From Pseudomonadota bacterium (lineage in GTDB: Bacteria > Pseudomonadota > Gammaproteobacteria > Burkholderiales > JAJZQI01): 64,000 bases of DNA. Shown piece by piece: positions 46,272 to 55,704 of the stretch. Each line of letters starts with the position of its first letter. Position 1 is the stretch's first letter. The notes beneath the pieces are model-generated. The model did not search any database and was not told the DNA's origin. It saw only the letters and a program-made list of their open reading frames with translations. A program made the position numbers and the translations under genes. The stretch lies in assembly GCA_021851875.1 (NCBI GenBank), contig JAJZQI010000005.1:69813-133812 (forward strand), given 5' to 3'.

Positions 46272-47309
46272 ATGAAACTGAGCTTTACACGCACCCTAAT
46301 CGCCGCTGCAATCCTGAGCGCAAGCGCAACCGCCTTTGCAGGTGACATCACCGGTGCAGGTGCAACCTTCCCGTATCCAATTTACGCCAAATGGGCTGAA
46401 GCTTACAAAGCAAAAACCGGTATTGGCATGAACTACCAATCCATCGGTTCCGGCGGCGGCATCAAGCAAATCAAAGCTAAAACCGTTGATTTCGGCGCCT
46501 CCGACAAGCCGCTGAACCCGCAGGAACAAGCCGAATCCGGCCTGACCCAGTTTCCGACCGTGATGGGCGCTATCGTTCCGGTGGTTAACCTGGACGGCAT
46601 CGCCGACAGCCAACTGAAACTGAGCGGCCCGGTTCTGGCTGACATCTTCCTGGGCAAAATCACCAAGTGGAACGACCCCGCCATCGCCAAAATGAACGCT
46701 GGAGTTAAACTGCCGGCCACCGACATCACCGTGGTACACCGTGCCGACGGTTCCGGTACCACCTTCAACTTCACCAACTACCTGTCCAAGGTTAGCCCGG
46801 AATGGAAAACCAAAGTCGGTAGCGACGCTTCCGTTGCATGGCCGGTTGGTACCGGCGGTAAAGGTAACGAAGGTGTGGCCAACTTCGTGAAGCAGATCAA
46901 AGGTTCCATTGGCTATGTGGAAGCTGCTTACGCCAAGCAGAACAAGATCACCATGACCCAGATGATGAACCATGACGGCGTCTTCGTTAAAGCCACTGAA
47001 GAAACCTTCAAGGCTGCTGCTGCCGGCGCTGACTGGGAACACGCTCCTGGCTTCTACGAAATTCTGACCGACGAGCCGGGCAAAAACAGCTGGCCGATCG
47101 CTGCTGCCACCTTCATTCTGATGCACAAGCAACAGGGCGATGCCGCACGTGCTGCTGAAGTTCTGAAATTCTTCGCCTGGGCATATGCCAACGGCGACGA
47201 CATGGCTCTGAGCCTGGACTACATCCCGATGCCGGCAAGCGTTGTTAAGAAAATCGAAGCTGCCTGGAAAGCCAATATCAAAACCATGGACGGCAAGGCT
47301 GTTTACTAA
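46272..47309 (+). CDS. pstS: Phosphate ABC transporter substrate-binding protein
   Basis: ITGAGATFPYP, YQSIGSGGG, DFGASD, HRADGSGTT, GKGNEGV. Confidence 0.98.
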   Translation: MKLSFTRTLIAAAILSASATAFAGDITGAGATFPYPIYAKWAEAYKAKTGIGMNYQSIGSGGGIKQIKAKTVDFGASDKPLNPQEQAESGLTQFPTVMGAIVPVVNLDGIADSQLKLSGPVLADIFLGKITKWNDPAIAKMNAGVKLPATDITVVHRADGSGTTFNFTNYLSKVSPEWKTKVGSDASVAWPVGTGGKGNEGVANFVKQIKGSIGYVEAAYAKQNKITMTQMMNHDGVFVKATEETFKAAAAGADWEHAPGFYEILTDEPGKNSWPIAAATFILMHKQQGDAARAAEVLKFFAWAYANGDDMALSLDYIPMPASVVKKIEAAWKANIKTMDGKAVY

Positions 47310-47331
47310 TATCAGTCCTGCTTGACTCTTG

Positions 47332-47368
47332 TGGCCGGGCTGGCCTTCAAAGCTCGGCCATTTTTATT
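47332..47368 (+). terminator. Stem-loop after pstS (terminator or mRNA stabiliser)
   Basis: TGGCCGGGCT...AGCTCGGCCA followed by TTTTTATT. Confidence 0.7.
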
Positions 47369-47467
47369 GGCAATGCTTAATTTGCTTAACTTTTGCGCGT
47401 AACAATAGGCTGATAACAGTTATAATTACTGATTGTCACTTGGCCCGCCGGAACACAGAAAAAGCTC

Positions 47468-48430
47468 ATGTCAAAAGAAACCCCGCCAATATTTGCCAAA
47501 AAACAGCTCCTTATTGATGCGCTGTTTCGACATACCACCCGCTTTTTCGCCTTTCTCGTTTTCGCCCTGCTTGCAGGCATTATTCTGTCTCTGATTATCG
47601 GCAGCATGCCCTCGATCAAGGCTTATGGTCTCCATTTTATTGTCGATGACACCTGGAACCCGGTCACCGAGAAATTCGGTGCACTCACTCCCATCATCGG
47701 CACGCTGGTAACCTCGTTTATCGCTTTGCTGATTGGCGTGCCCATCAGCTTTGGCATCGCATTGTTTTTGACCGAACTCTCTCCACGTTGGCTGCGTCGC
47801 CCGTTGGGTATTGCCATCGAGCTCCTGGCCGGCATCCCCAGCATTATTTACGGCATGTGGGGCCTGTTCGTATTTGCGCCGGCATTTGCCGAACATGTAC
47901 AGCCCTGGCTAAAGGATCACCTGTCTGAACTGCCCTTCGTCGGGATATTGGTACAAGGCCCGCCGATGGGTATCGGTATGCTCACTGCCGGCCTGATTCT
48001 GGCCATTATGGTCATCCCCTTTATTGCTTCGGTGATGCGCGACGTATTCCAGATCGTTCCGGCATTGCTTAAAGAATCGGCTTACGGCCTGGGCGCCACC
48101 ACCTGGGAAGTGGTTTGGCATATTGTGCTGCCCTACACCAAGATCGGCGTCGTCGGCGGCATTATGCTCGGCCTGGGGCGTGCTCTCGGCGAAACCATGG
48201 CTGTTACTTTCGTCATCGGCAATGCGCACAATCTGACCGCTTCCCTCTTCATGCCCGGCAACAGTATCGCTTCCTCGCTGGCCAACGAGTTCACCGAGGC
48301 TGACGGCGAACTGTATACCTCGGCGTTGATCGAATTGGGTCTGCTGCTGTTTGCCATTACATTTATTGTTCTTTCGCTCTCCAAAATCCTCTTGCAGCAA
48401 CTTCGCAAGAACGAAGGACGTGAATCCTGA
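47468..48430 (+). CDS. pstC: Phosphate ABC transporter permease PstC
   Basis: [35 protein letters not shown]. Confidence 0.97.
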   Translation: MSKETPPIFAKKQLLIDALFRHTTRFFAFLVFALLAGIILSLIIGSMPSIKAYGLHFIVDDTWNPVTEKFGALTPIIGTLVTSFIALLIGVPISFGIALFLTELSPRWLRRPLGIAIELLAGIPSIIYGMWGLFVFAPAFAEHVQPWLKDHLSELPFVGILVQGPPMGIGMLTAGLILAIMVIPFIASVMRDVFQIVPALLKESAYGLGATTWEVVWHIVLPYTKIGVVGGIMLGLGRALGETMAVTFVIGNAHNLTASLFMPGNSIASSLANEFTEADGELYTSALIELGLLLFAITFIVLSLSKILLQQLRKNEGRES

Positions 48431-48444
48431 CCGGAACCCTAATC

Positions 48445-49290
48445 ATGCTGAGCATCTACCGCCGTCGCCAATTCGTGAATTATTTAAATCTGACAGGTTC
48501 CATGCTGACCATGGCTTTTGGTCTATTCTGGTTGATCTGGATCCTGTCGACCCTGTTCGTCAAGGGATTCGATTCTTTGGATCTAGACCTGTTTCGCAAA
48601 ATGACCCCGCCGCCAGGCAGCGATGGCGGTCTGCTGAATGCCATTTTCGGCAGTGCTCTCATGTCTGTCTTGGCAACATTGATTGGTACTCCTGTCGGCA
48701 TACTGGCCGGCACTTATCTGGCCGAATTCGGCCACCGCGGCTGGCTGGCGCCGACCACCCGTTTCATCAATGACATTCTCCTGTCAGCCCCTTCCATCGT
48801 GATCGGCCTATTCATTTATGAAATGTACGTCACCAAGGTGGGCCATTTTTCCGGCTGGGGCGGCACATTTGCTCTGGCACTGCTGGTCATTCCTGTAGTG
48901 GTGCGTACTACGGAAGACATGTTGCGACTAGTGCCGAACAGCCTGCGCGAAGCGGCTGCCGCCCTGGGGGCACCGCAGTGGAAAGTGATCATGCAGATTA
49001 CCTGGCGCGCCTCCAAAGCCGGCATGATGACCGGCGTACTGCTGGCAGTCGCCCGTATCAGCGGCGAGACCGCCCCCCTGCTCTTTACTGCGCTGAACAA
49101 CCAGTTCTGGAGCAGCGATATGAACGCCCCCATGGCGAATCTGCCGGTTGTGATCTTCCAGTTTGCCATGAGCCCCTTCGAGGACTGGCAAAATCTGGCC
49201 TGGGCCGGCGCCCTGCTGATCACGATTGGCGTATTGGGGCTGAATATCATTGCCCGCTCCATGTTCAAACAGAGTCAAATCTCTCAATAA
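48445..49290 (+). CDS. pstA: Phosphate ABC transporter permease PstA
   Basis: [39 protein letters not shown]. Confidence 0.97.
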   Translation: MLSIYRRRQFVNYLNLTGSMLTMAFGLFWLIWILSTLFVKGFDSLDLDLFRKMTPPPGSDGGLLNAIFGSALMSVLATLIGTPVGILAGTYLAEFGHRGWLAPTTRFINDILLSAPSIVIGLFIYEMYVTKVGHFSGWGGTFALALLVIPVVVRTTEDMLRLVPNSLREAAAALGAPQWKVIMQITWRASKAGMMTGVLLAVARISGETAPLLFTALNNQFWSSDMNAPMANLPVVIFQFAMSPFEDWQNLAWAGALLITIGVLGLNIIARSMFKQSQISQ

Positions 49291-49303
49291 GGTCAAGTCA
49301 TTC

Positions 49304-50077
49304 ATGAATCAGACGAACAGTGTGCCGAACAAGATCCAGGTAAAAAATCTCAATTTTTACTATGGCAACTTTCACGGCCTGAAAAACATTAACCTTGATC
49401 TGAAAGAAAAGAAAGTTACCGCCTTTATCGGCCCGTCCGGCTGCGGCAAATCCACTCTGCTGCGTACCTTTAACCGCATGTACGATCTCTATCCGGGCCA
49501 GCGCGCCGAAGGCGAGATTGTCATGGCTGGCAAGAACATTCTGGATCGCAGCCAGGACGTGAACATGCTGCGTGCCAAAATCGGCATGGTGTTCCAGAAA
49601 CCGACGCCCTTCCCCATGTCAATTCACGACAACGTGGCGTTTGGCGTGAAATTGTATGAGCGCCTGAGCCGCGGCGAAATGGCCGACCGTGTTGAATGGG
49701 CCTTGCGCAAAGCCGCTCTGTGGGATGAAGTCAAGGACAAGCTCAACCAGAGCGGTACCAGCCTGTCCGGCGGTCAGCAGCAGCGCCTGTGTATCGCGCG
49801 CGGTATTGCGGTCAAGCCCGAAGTGCTGCTGCTGGACGAGCCCACTTCCGCGCTGGATCCAATTTCGACCGCGCGCATTGAAGAACTGATCTTCGAGCTG
49901 AAGGAAGACTTCACCATTCTGATCGTGACCCACAACATGCAGCAAGCCGCGCGCGTATCGGATTACACGGCTTACATGTATTTGGGCGAACTGATCGAGT
50001 TCGGCGATACCGACACTATTTTCACCACGCCCAAACAGAAAGCAACGGAAGATTACATCACCGGCAAGTTCGGCTGA
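49304..50077 (+). CDS. pstB: Phosphate ABC transporter ATP-binding protein
   Basis: [41 protein letters not shown]. Confidence 0.98.
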   Translation: MNQTNSVPNKIQVKNLNFYYGNFHGLKNINLDLKEKKVTAFIGPSGCGKSTLLRTFNRMYDLYPGQRAEGEIVMAGKNILDRSQDVNMLRAKIGMVFQKPTPFPMSIHDNVAFGVKLYERLSRGEMADRVEWALRKAALWDEVKDKLNQSGTSLSGGQQQRLCIARGIAVKPEVLLLDEPTSALDPISTARIEELIFELKEDFTILIVTHNMQQAARVSDYTAYMYLGELIEFGDTDTIFTTPKQKATEDYITGKFG

Positions 50078-50100
50078 GTTTTGTGACGGTTGCTCCAAAT

Positions 50101-50132
50101 AAAAAACCCCAGCCAATCGGCCGGGGTTTTTT
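50101..50132. terminator. Bidirectional terminator between pstB and the response regulator
   Basis: AAAAAACCCC...GGGGTTTTTT. Confidence 0.8.
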
Positions 50133-50147
50133 GTTTTACTCTCGGCC

Positions 50148-51125
50148 TCAAGTCCGCTGAGCGGAGAATGACTTGAAGAAGCCCACAATCCGGCTGGCCA
50201 GCGGATTTTCAGTTGTTTCTTTGCTCACTTCCACTTCGTGCTTTTTCACCAGACTTGGGGCAACCTGGAACGACCAGTAGCTTTCCAAGGCCCCCTCAAT
50301 TGCACGCAAAAGCAATTTGGCGCGGATGGGTTTGGGAATGCAGCGGTATACCTGCGCTTCATTGATCAGCGTGACCAACATTGATGCATCGTAAAAGGTC
50401 GTCAGCAAAATAGAGACAGTGCGCGGATTGAAGCGTTTGAGCAGCTTGATCAGCGTGGTGACATCAGCCGTGCCAATGCGAACTTCCGACACGACCACGG
50501 CGATTTCATGTTGCCGCAGAGCCTCGAGCACATCCTCAATTGTAGCCGCATGATGGATGACCAAGCCTGCCGATATGTGTTCGTGCACCAATTCCCGGAC
50601 CTGTACAGCAGACAGCGGGTCTTCATCGATCACCAGAATATGGTCCGTCACAGTGGAATTTGCAGATGGTGCCGGCAGAGTCATATCGCCCAGACTCAAG
50701 GCAATGTCGACAGCACTGGCTACGGTAGCCTTGATCGCGTCAGCATCCCACGGCTTGTTAATGAAGCGGAATACTTCACCCTCATTGATGGAGCCCAGCG
50801 TTGAATCGAGATCGGAGTAGCCGGTAAGCAGAAGACGCATGGTATTGGGGACAATGTATTTAGCTCGGCGGAGTAACTCCACCCCTGTCATGCCGGGCAT
50901 CCGCTGATCACTGATCAGGACATGAATCTTTTCCTGCTGCAGTATCTGCAGTGCCTCGTTGCCGTCAGTCGTTACCCTGACGTTGTATGTTTGCGCGAAC
51001 AGCATGCGCAAGCTGCGCAGGATCCGTTCTTCATCATCGACGCAAAGAATGGTGGGACGGTTGACGGCGACAGTGCTTGTCACCGGATTAAGCTTGCGCT
51101 GTGTCGAGCTCGGGCTTGTTTGCAT
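50148..51125 (-). CDS. Response regulator with tandem receiver domains and no evident output domain (start uncertain)
   Basis: REC1: LCVDDE, SDQRMP, LTGY, NKPW. REC2 degenerate: LVIDED, VSEVRI, PKP. Confidence 0.85.
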   Translation of the reverse strand: MQTSPSSTQRKLNPVTSTVAVNRPTILCVDDEERILRSLRMLFAQTYNVRVTTDGNEALQILQQEKIHVLISDQRMPGMTGVELLRRAKYIVPNTMRLLLTGYSDLDSTLGSINEGEVFRFINKPWDADAIKATVASAVDIALSLGDMTLPAPSANSTVTDHILVIDEDPLSAVQVRELVHEHISAGLVIHHAATIEDVLEALRQHEIAVVVSEVRIGTADVTTLIKLLKRFNPRTVSILLTTFYDASMLVTLINEAQVYRCIPKPIRAKLLLRAIEGALESYWSFQVAPSLVKKHEVEVSKETTENPLASRIVGFFKSFSAQRT

Positions 51126-52413
51126 GGCGGCTATCCTTCGGATGAGGCAAGGCAACGATGAAACGGGTGCCTTTTCCCACTTCGGAGGCAACCCGTATGA
51201 ATCCCTTATGGCTTTCGATAATCTTGAAGACAATGGATAAACCCAGACCGGTACCTTCTCCGACCGGTTTGGTGGTAAAGAATGGATCGAAAATTTTTTG
51301 CAGATTCTCTTTTGAAATGCCTTTGCCGGTGTCCTGCACACTGGCATACACGTAACGTTCATCGGCCCAGGTGCGGATGAGGATTTTTCCATTGCCATCC
51401 ATTGCCTGTGCGGCATTGGTCAACAGATTGAGAAAAACCTGGTTGATTTGCGAAGGCGAGCATTTAACGGCGGGAATCTCACCGTATTGCTTGATCAGTT
51501 GGACCTTGTTCTTCAATACGTTCTTGGCGATGACCAGCGTGCTTTCAATGGTCTGGTTGAGGCTCACCTCGTCAACAGCGGCCTGATCCAGCCGGCTGAA
51601 GTTTTTCAGATTCAGCACGATTTCGCTGATCTGATCAACGCCGAACAGGGTATCGCCGAACAGGTTGTCGACTTCCTCCGCCGGATACACAGACCAGAAA
51701 TCATTGCGCTGACGGTCAATCTCTCCCAGATAGCGTACGACAGCCGTCTCCTCCGCTTCTCCGCCCATCAGCAAAGCCAGCAGTTCGTCGTAACTGGCGA
51801 CCAGCCCCTTCAGTTGCGCAAACACATCCTGCGCCAGGCTGACATTGTTTTTCACGTAACCCAGCGGCGTATTGATCTCGTGCGCCACGCCAGCGACCAT
51901 CTGCCCCAGGGAAGCCATTTTTTCCGACTGGATCAGTTGCGACTGGGAGGCTTGCAATTCACGATAGGCACGGGTGATTTCCTCACTTTGCCGCGTGAGC
52001 TTGCCCTCCATCACCTTCAGCAGGTCCACCACGTGTCCGATGCCGGAATACTGCCCGTCGCGCGTGAGAATGAAATCCTCGGTAATGGGGAATTTGATAT
52101 TGCTGGTCACATAACGGCTGATCTGCTCCATGGGCTGTTTCATGTCCACAACCACCGCCTTGCGGTTCATGAACTGCGTCACGCTTTTTTTCCCATACAG
52201 CTCGCGCCCGTACATCGACATGTAGATCTTCTGCATCTCGCTGCGGCTGATCACGCCGATAGGCCGGCCCGCATCCACCACCGGCAGGCACAGAAAACGC
52301 TCATAGTCATCATGAAGCAGCAATTCGCTGACATCATCAACGGTATGGCTGGGGGTTACAGGTTCCAGCTGTACAAGCAGGGATTCGACTTCACTCACAT
52401 CAACACCAGACAA
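51088..52413 (-). CDS. Cytoplasmic NtrB-class histidine kinase with an N-terminal CBS pair
   Basis: LPVVDAGRPIGVISR (CBS), EKMASLGQMVAGVAHEINTP, QVFLNLLTNA, DTGKGI, FFTTKPVGEGTGLGL; no TM. Confidence 0.92.
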   Translation of the reverse strand: MSGVDVSEVESLLVQLEPVTPSHTVDDVSELLLHDDYERFLCLPVVDAGRPIGVISRSEMQKIYMSMYGRELYGKKSVTQFMNRKAVVVDMKQPMEQISRYVTSNIKFPITEDFILTRDGQYSGIGHVVDLLKVMEGKLTRQSEEITRAYRELQASQSQLIQSEKMASLGQMVAGVAHEINTPLGYVKNNVSLAQDVFAQLKGLVASYDELLALLMGGEAEETAVVRYLGEIDRQRNDFWSVYPAEEVDNLFGDTLFGVDQISEIVLNLKNFSRLDQAAVDEVSLNQTIESTLVIAKNVLKNKVQLIKQYGEIPAVKCSPSQINQVFLNLLTNAAQAMDGNGKILIRTWADERYVYASVQDTGKGISKENLQKIFDPFFTTKPVGEGTGLGLSIVFKIIESHKGFIRVASEVGKGTRFIVALPHPKDSRHANKPELDTAQA

Positions 52414-52504
52414 GATTTGGCTAAAGAACCCCTAAATTATCAGATGCCAATATTACAAATTAAGGAAATAACATCAATTATCAGAGGAACAGCAGAAGTG
52501 TGTA

Positions 52505-52554
52505 TTAAGGAAGTCCTGAACAAGTTGCCGCCGACTTGTTCAGGACTTCCTTAA
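52505..52554. mobile_element. IS5-type ends-only miniature element (42 bp) with flanking TTAA
   Basis: TTAA-GGAAGTCCTGAACAAGT-TGCCGCCG-ACTTGTTCAGGACTTCC-TTAA; perfect 17-bp inverted repeats resembling IS5 ends. Confidence 0.7.
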
Positions 52555-52583
52555 GCATACAAACAGACCACGAGAAAGCGTGT

Positions 52584-52892
52584 TTATCGCAGATATTGCT
52601 GCAGTTTGGCCAGAGTTTCGTCAGCCGAGTCATGCATCACTTTCAGGTAGATGTCGAAGCGCCTCGAACTGTAAACCGTATCTATAACGCAACACACCAC
52701 CTTTATGGGGCTGTTGTTGGCCTGCGGAAATGCGAATATCAGCTTGCAGTCTGTCTCACGCGGCAGACTTATATCGCACGAGACGACCATTTTGGAAAGG
52801 TTGAGCTGTTTTAAATGACCACTCAAACTCTGTGCCGGTGTCACCAGCTTGACCGGGAAACGCGCCCCCGGGCGAATCTGTCCGATAGACAT
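52584..52892 (-). CDS. Stand-alone PilZ-like protein
   Basis: RPGARFP (RxxxR), NLS (partial D/NxSxxG), beta-rich, C-terminal LAKLQQYL helix. Confidence 0.65.
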   Translation of the reverse strand: MSIGQIRPGARFPVKLVTPAQSLSGHLKQLNLSKMVVSCDISLPRETDCKLIFAFPQANNSPIKVVCCVIDTVYSSRRFDIYLKVMHDSADETLAKLQQYLR

Positions 52893-52926
52893 GTAATGGC
52901 ATCTTTCGGGAGGGAGTCTTCACAGC

Positions 52927-52960
52927 CCCGATGATGTCTTCTGCAACAGACATCATCGGG
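52927..52960. repeat. 13-bp stem hairpin between the CheY-like and PilZ-like genes
   Basis: CCCGATGATGTCT-N8-AGACATCATCGGG. Confidence 0.75.
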
Positions 52961-52984
52961 AGTTTCGTCTGGCACAAATGCCAC

Positions 52985-53350
52985 TCAGCTCGCCAGCTTC
53001 TTGAATGTTTCCAGTACTGCCTCGCCTTTGAACGGCTTGACGATCCAACCCTTGATGCCTGCCGCCTTGCCGCGTTCCTTCATGTTCGGACTGCTTTCCG
53101 TGGTCAGCATGATGACATTCACGCTGCTGTTACCCAACTCGCTGCGGATTTTCTCAACCATGGTCAAGCCATCCATATTGGGCATATTCACGTCGCTCAC
53201 CACCAGCTTGATGCCCGGGTTCGCTTGCAATTTTGTCAGCCCGTCCTTGCCATCCACGGCTGTTACCACATCAAGACCATTTTTGCTCAGAAAACCGGAA
53301 ACCTCATCACGTACTGTGCTCGAGTCATCCACAACGAGAATCTTTGCCAT
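52985..53350 (-). CDS. CheY-like single-domain response regulator
   Basis: ILVVDDS, SDVNMPNMDG, MLTTE, WIVKPF. Confidence 0.95.
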   Translation of the reverse strand: MAKILVVDDSSTVRDEVSGFLSKNGLDVVTAVDGKDGLTKLQANPGIKLVVSDVNMPNMDGLTMVEKIRSELGNSSVNVIMLTTESSPNMKERGKAAGIKGWIVKPFKGEAVLETFKKLAS

Positions 53351-53382
53351 AATTTTGCTCCTGCTAAAAATATAAGATTTGA

Positions 53383-54339
53383 TTAAAAGAGTTCCAATTC
53401 GCCCGCATCCACCAAGCCATCGACTTCCTGCTCGATCTCGCGAAACTTTTCAGGTGCCCAGCGCAGATTGAAAACAAAACGCTGGTAAATTTTCATGCTC
53501 CATGTGCGCTCCTCGTTTGTCAGCGTGTACAAGAAGCACAACTGGGGATTTTCAGTACCGAAAGAAATATATTTATGCTTGTGATTGACGACCAGCGGGA
53601 CTTCAACATTGACGCCCGGAATAACGGATTCGTCGCCGATAAAGCGATTTTTGAATGCCCCCCATATGAGATTGGTCACCTCACCGAGCAAGCTGTTTAC
53701 ATTGCGGAAATTCACCTCGGTATGGATTTTTTCCGACTCCCCCAGCCAATGCAGTACGGGCATCTCTTCTGTCTGCAAGGTCATGTATCCGCGGCACCAC
53801 GAGCTTTCCAGCGGAATCAGGCTGTATACCTCGCCGAAAATCAGGCGGTCGCGCACAATGAACGGCGTCTCCCAGCTGACGGTCAGATTCTTGAACTGAC
53901 TTGCCAGGGCCGTTTCGGTTATCTCTGAAATACCGCGGACCAATGCATTGGGATACACAAGGCTGAAAATGTATTCCTGAATAGCCTGCTGCAGGCCTTG
54001 TGAATCAGCGACGCTGAAGGTCGCGCAACATATTCTTTTCAGTGTTTCAGGCAATGAACTCAAGTCGAACTCGTCCTCCACGCGGAGGATAATGGGTAAT
54101 TCAGGGCGGAATGCATGAATTCTGGTTGCCAGCTCTACGGTATCGCCTTCACTGCCGCCGTAGCTGTAGGAAAGGATGATCGCCCCCAGTTCGAGGCTGG
54201 ATTTCAACACGGTAAAGAGTCGGTTTTTACGCACCTTGAGAGGCACCAGGGAGTGCTCATCGGCAAACTGCTTGATAAACGCCAGTTGTTTTAAATCATT
54301 TTCCAGGACAAGAATCTTGCTGGTGAGTTGTTCTGTCAT
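53383..54339 (-). CDS. Pseudo-receiver plus CheX-like phosphatase domain protein
   Basis: N-terminal KILVLEND...PELPIILR; C-terminal LGEVTNLIWG (ExxN), VEVP; ends GELELF. Confidence 0.7.
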   Translation of the reverse strand: MTEQLTSKILVLENDLKQLAFIKQFADEHSLVPLKVRKNRLFTVLKSSLELGAIILSYSYGGSEGDTVELATRIHAFRPELPIILRVEDEFDLSSLPETLKRICCATFSVADSQGLQQAIQEYIFSLVYPNALVRGISEITETALASQFKNLTVSWETPFIVRDRLIFGEVYSLIPLESSWCRGYMTLQTEEMPVLHWLGESEKIHTEVNFRNVNSLLGEVTNLIWGAFKNRFIGDESVIPGVNVEVPLVVNHKHKYISFGTENPQLCFLYTLTNEERTWSMKIYQRFVFNLRWAPEKFREIEQEVDGLVDAGELELF

Positions 54340-54359
54340 TGATATATACCCGGTTCACA

Positions 54360-54896
54360 TCAGAATAATTCGAGTTCTCCCCCGGCAACCTGTTCGGCCG
54401 AGGAAAGATCAATTGCAAAATCCAGTGGTGTATTGGCCGTAACACACAAGCTTGCCTGCAGGCCGACTCCACCATTGACGGTGATGTCATAACTCGTTAA
54501 CAGTGTGGGATTCAGGCTTTGCAAGTAGTGCGCACTGGAGGTCTTCAATGTATACGGTGTAGACATGCCCAGATAGTCGAATTGGTTGCCCATGTGCCGG
54601 TTGAACTCGCCTCCGCACAGGTTGACGATTTCGGCAAAGACTTCTTCTATCTGTTGTCCGCCTTTGCCGAAATAGCCATGCATAGCGGCATTATCGGCAA
54701 CGTAAAATATAAGCATGGTGCGGAACATACAGGAGCTGATCGTCAGTACCTGCATGAATTTTTGCTTGGCGTGCAATTGCGGCAAGCAGCCCAAGGAGTT
54801 CACATGGACGGTATCGCCGGCATTTTGGGCGATACCGTTTTTGACTGACAGAACAAATGCCTCTTCCAGCGCGTGTTGTGCACGTGCGGAAATCAT
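54360..54896 (-). CDS. CheX-like protein
   Basis: [10 protein letters not shown] (ExxN), LGMSTP; ends GELELF. Confidence 0.6.
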   Translation of the reverse strand: MISARAQHALEEAFVLSVKNGIAQNAGDTVHVNSLGCLPQLHAKQKFMQVLTISSCMFRTMLIFYVADNAAMHGYFGKGGQQIEEVFAEIVNLCGGEFNRHMGNQFDYLGMSTPYTLKTSSAHYLQSLNPTLLTSYDITVNGGVGLQASLCVTANTPLDFAIDLSSAEQVAGGELELF

Positions 54897-55669
54897 TGCG
54901 CCCGCCTTTCAATCTGGCTGGCCAGGTTGTTGAGCTGGGCTTCTATTGAAGCCAGAGCCGCCATGATCATCTTTCCGCCTGCCTGAATGTCCTGAAAAGT
55001 CGAGGTAGTTGTCAGATCATTCTTGTCCAGACTTTCCCCATAGTTTTTGGACAGCACCTCCGAGCGATTGGCCAACATCCTGACTTCGTCAGCCACCACA
55101 GCAAACCCTCTGCCCGATTCACCGGCCCGCGCCGCCTCGATGGAAGCATTCAGAGCGAGAATAACGACCTGCTTGACGATGGAGGCAAATTCCTCGTTCT
55201 TGAAATGCATACCCTTGTTCTGATCCATCAGGTGCGACATACGTTCATGCCAGCGTTCAAACAAGAGACTGACATTCTTGAGACGCGCCAATTCCTGTGC
55301 AACCAGGGTCAGTTCACTGCGTATCTTGCCCTGCGCACGATTGGAATCGTCCTGCACCTTGCCGAGCACTGACTGATGTGATGCCTGCGCTTCATCACAC
55401 TGTGTTTCCAGCTGATGCAGCTGACGCATCAGCTCCTGCAGTTGCTGTTCTGCGACGTGCAGACTGGCAGCTCGGCTGGACAGCTCTTCCTGCAGGTTTT
55501 GCCGATCCAGCTGTAATTTTTTGACGTCATTGTCAGACTGTGTAAGGCGCTGATTGGCTTCATTGCGCACAAAGTCCAGCCGTTTGTCGTAATATTTTCG
55601 GGTGAGAAAAAAGGCCGAAATGCCGCCCAGAACGGCGGCAACGGCAAATGTAATAATCAGGATTGTCAT
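54893..55669 (-). CDS. Truncated MCP: one TM, coiled coil and signalling hairpin tip only
   Basis: [31 protein letters not shown]; 258 aa, no sensor or HAMP domain. Confidence 0.88.
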   Translation of the reverse strand: MTILIITFAVAAVLGGISAFFLTRKYYDKRLDFVRNEANQRLTQSDNDVKKLQLDRQNLQEELSSRAASLHVAEQQLQELMRQLHQLETQCDEAQASHQSVLGKVQDDSNRAQGKIRSELTLVAQELARLKNVSLLFERWHERMSHLMDQNKGMHFKNEEFASIVKQVVILALNASIEAARAGESGRGFAVVADEVRMLANRSEVLSKNYGESLDKNDLTTTSTFQDIQAGGKMIMAALASIEAQLNNLASQIERRAQ

Positions 55670-55704
55670 GGTATTGCCTGCGTGGTTATGAACTGACGTT
55701 GTGC

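Noticed and set aside
51126-51416. N-terminal extension of the tandem receiver ORF
   Set aside because: Overlaps the kinase HATPase coding region out of frame; not a credible translated segment
52441-52484. Pho box upstream of the CBS kinase
   Set aside because: Half-sites (CTGATAA, ATGTTAT, TTGTAAT) are degenerate and not 11 bp apart
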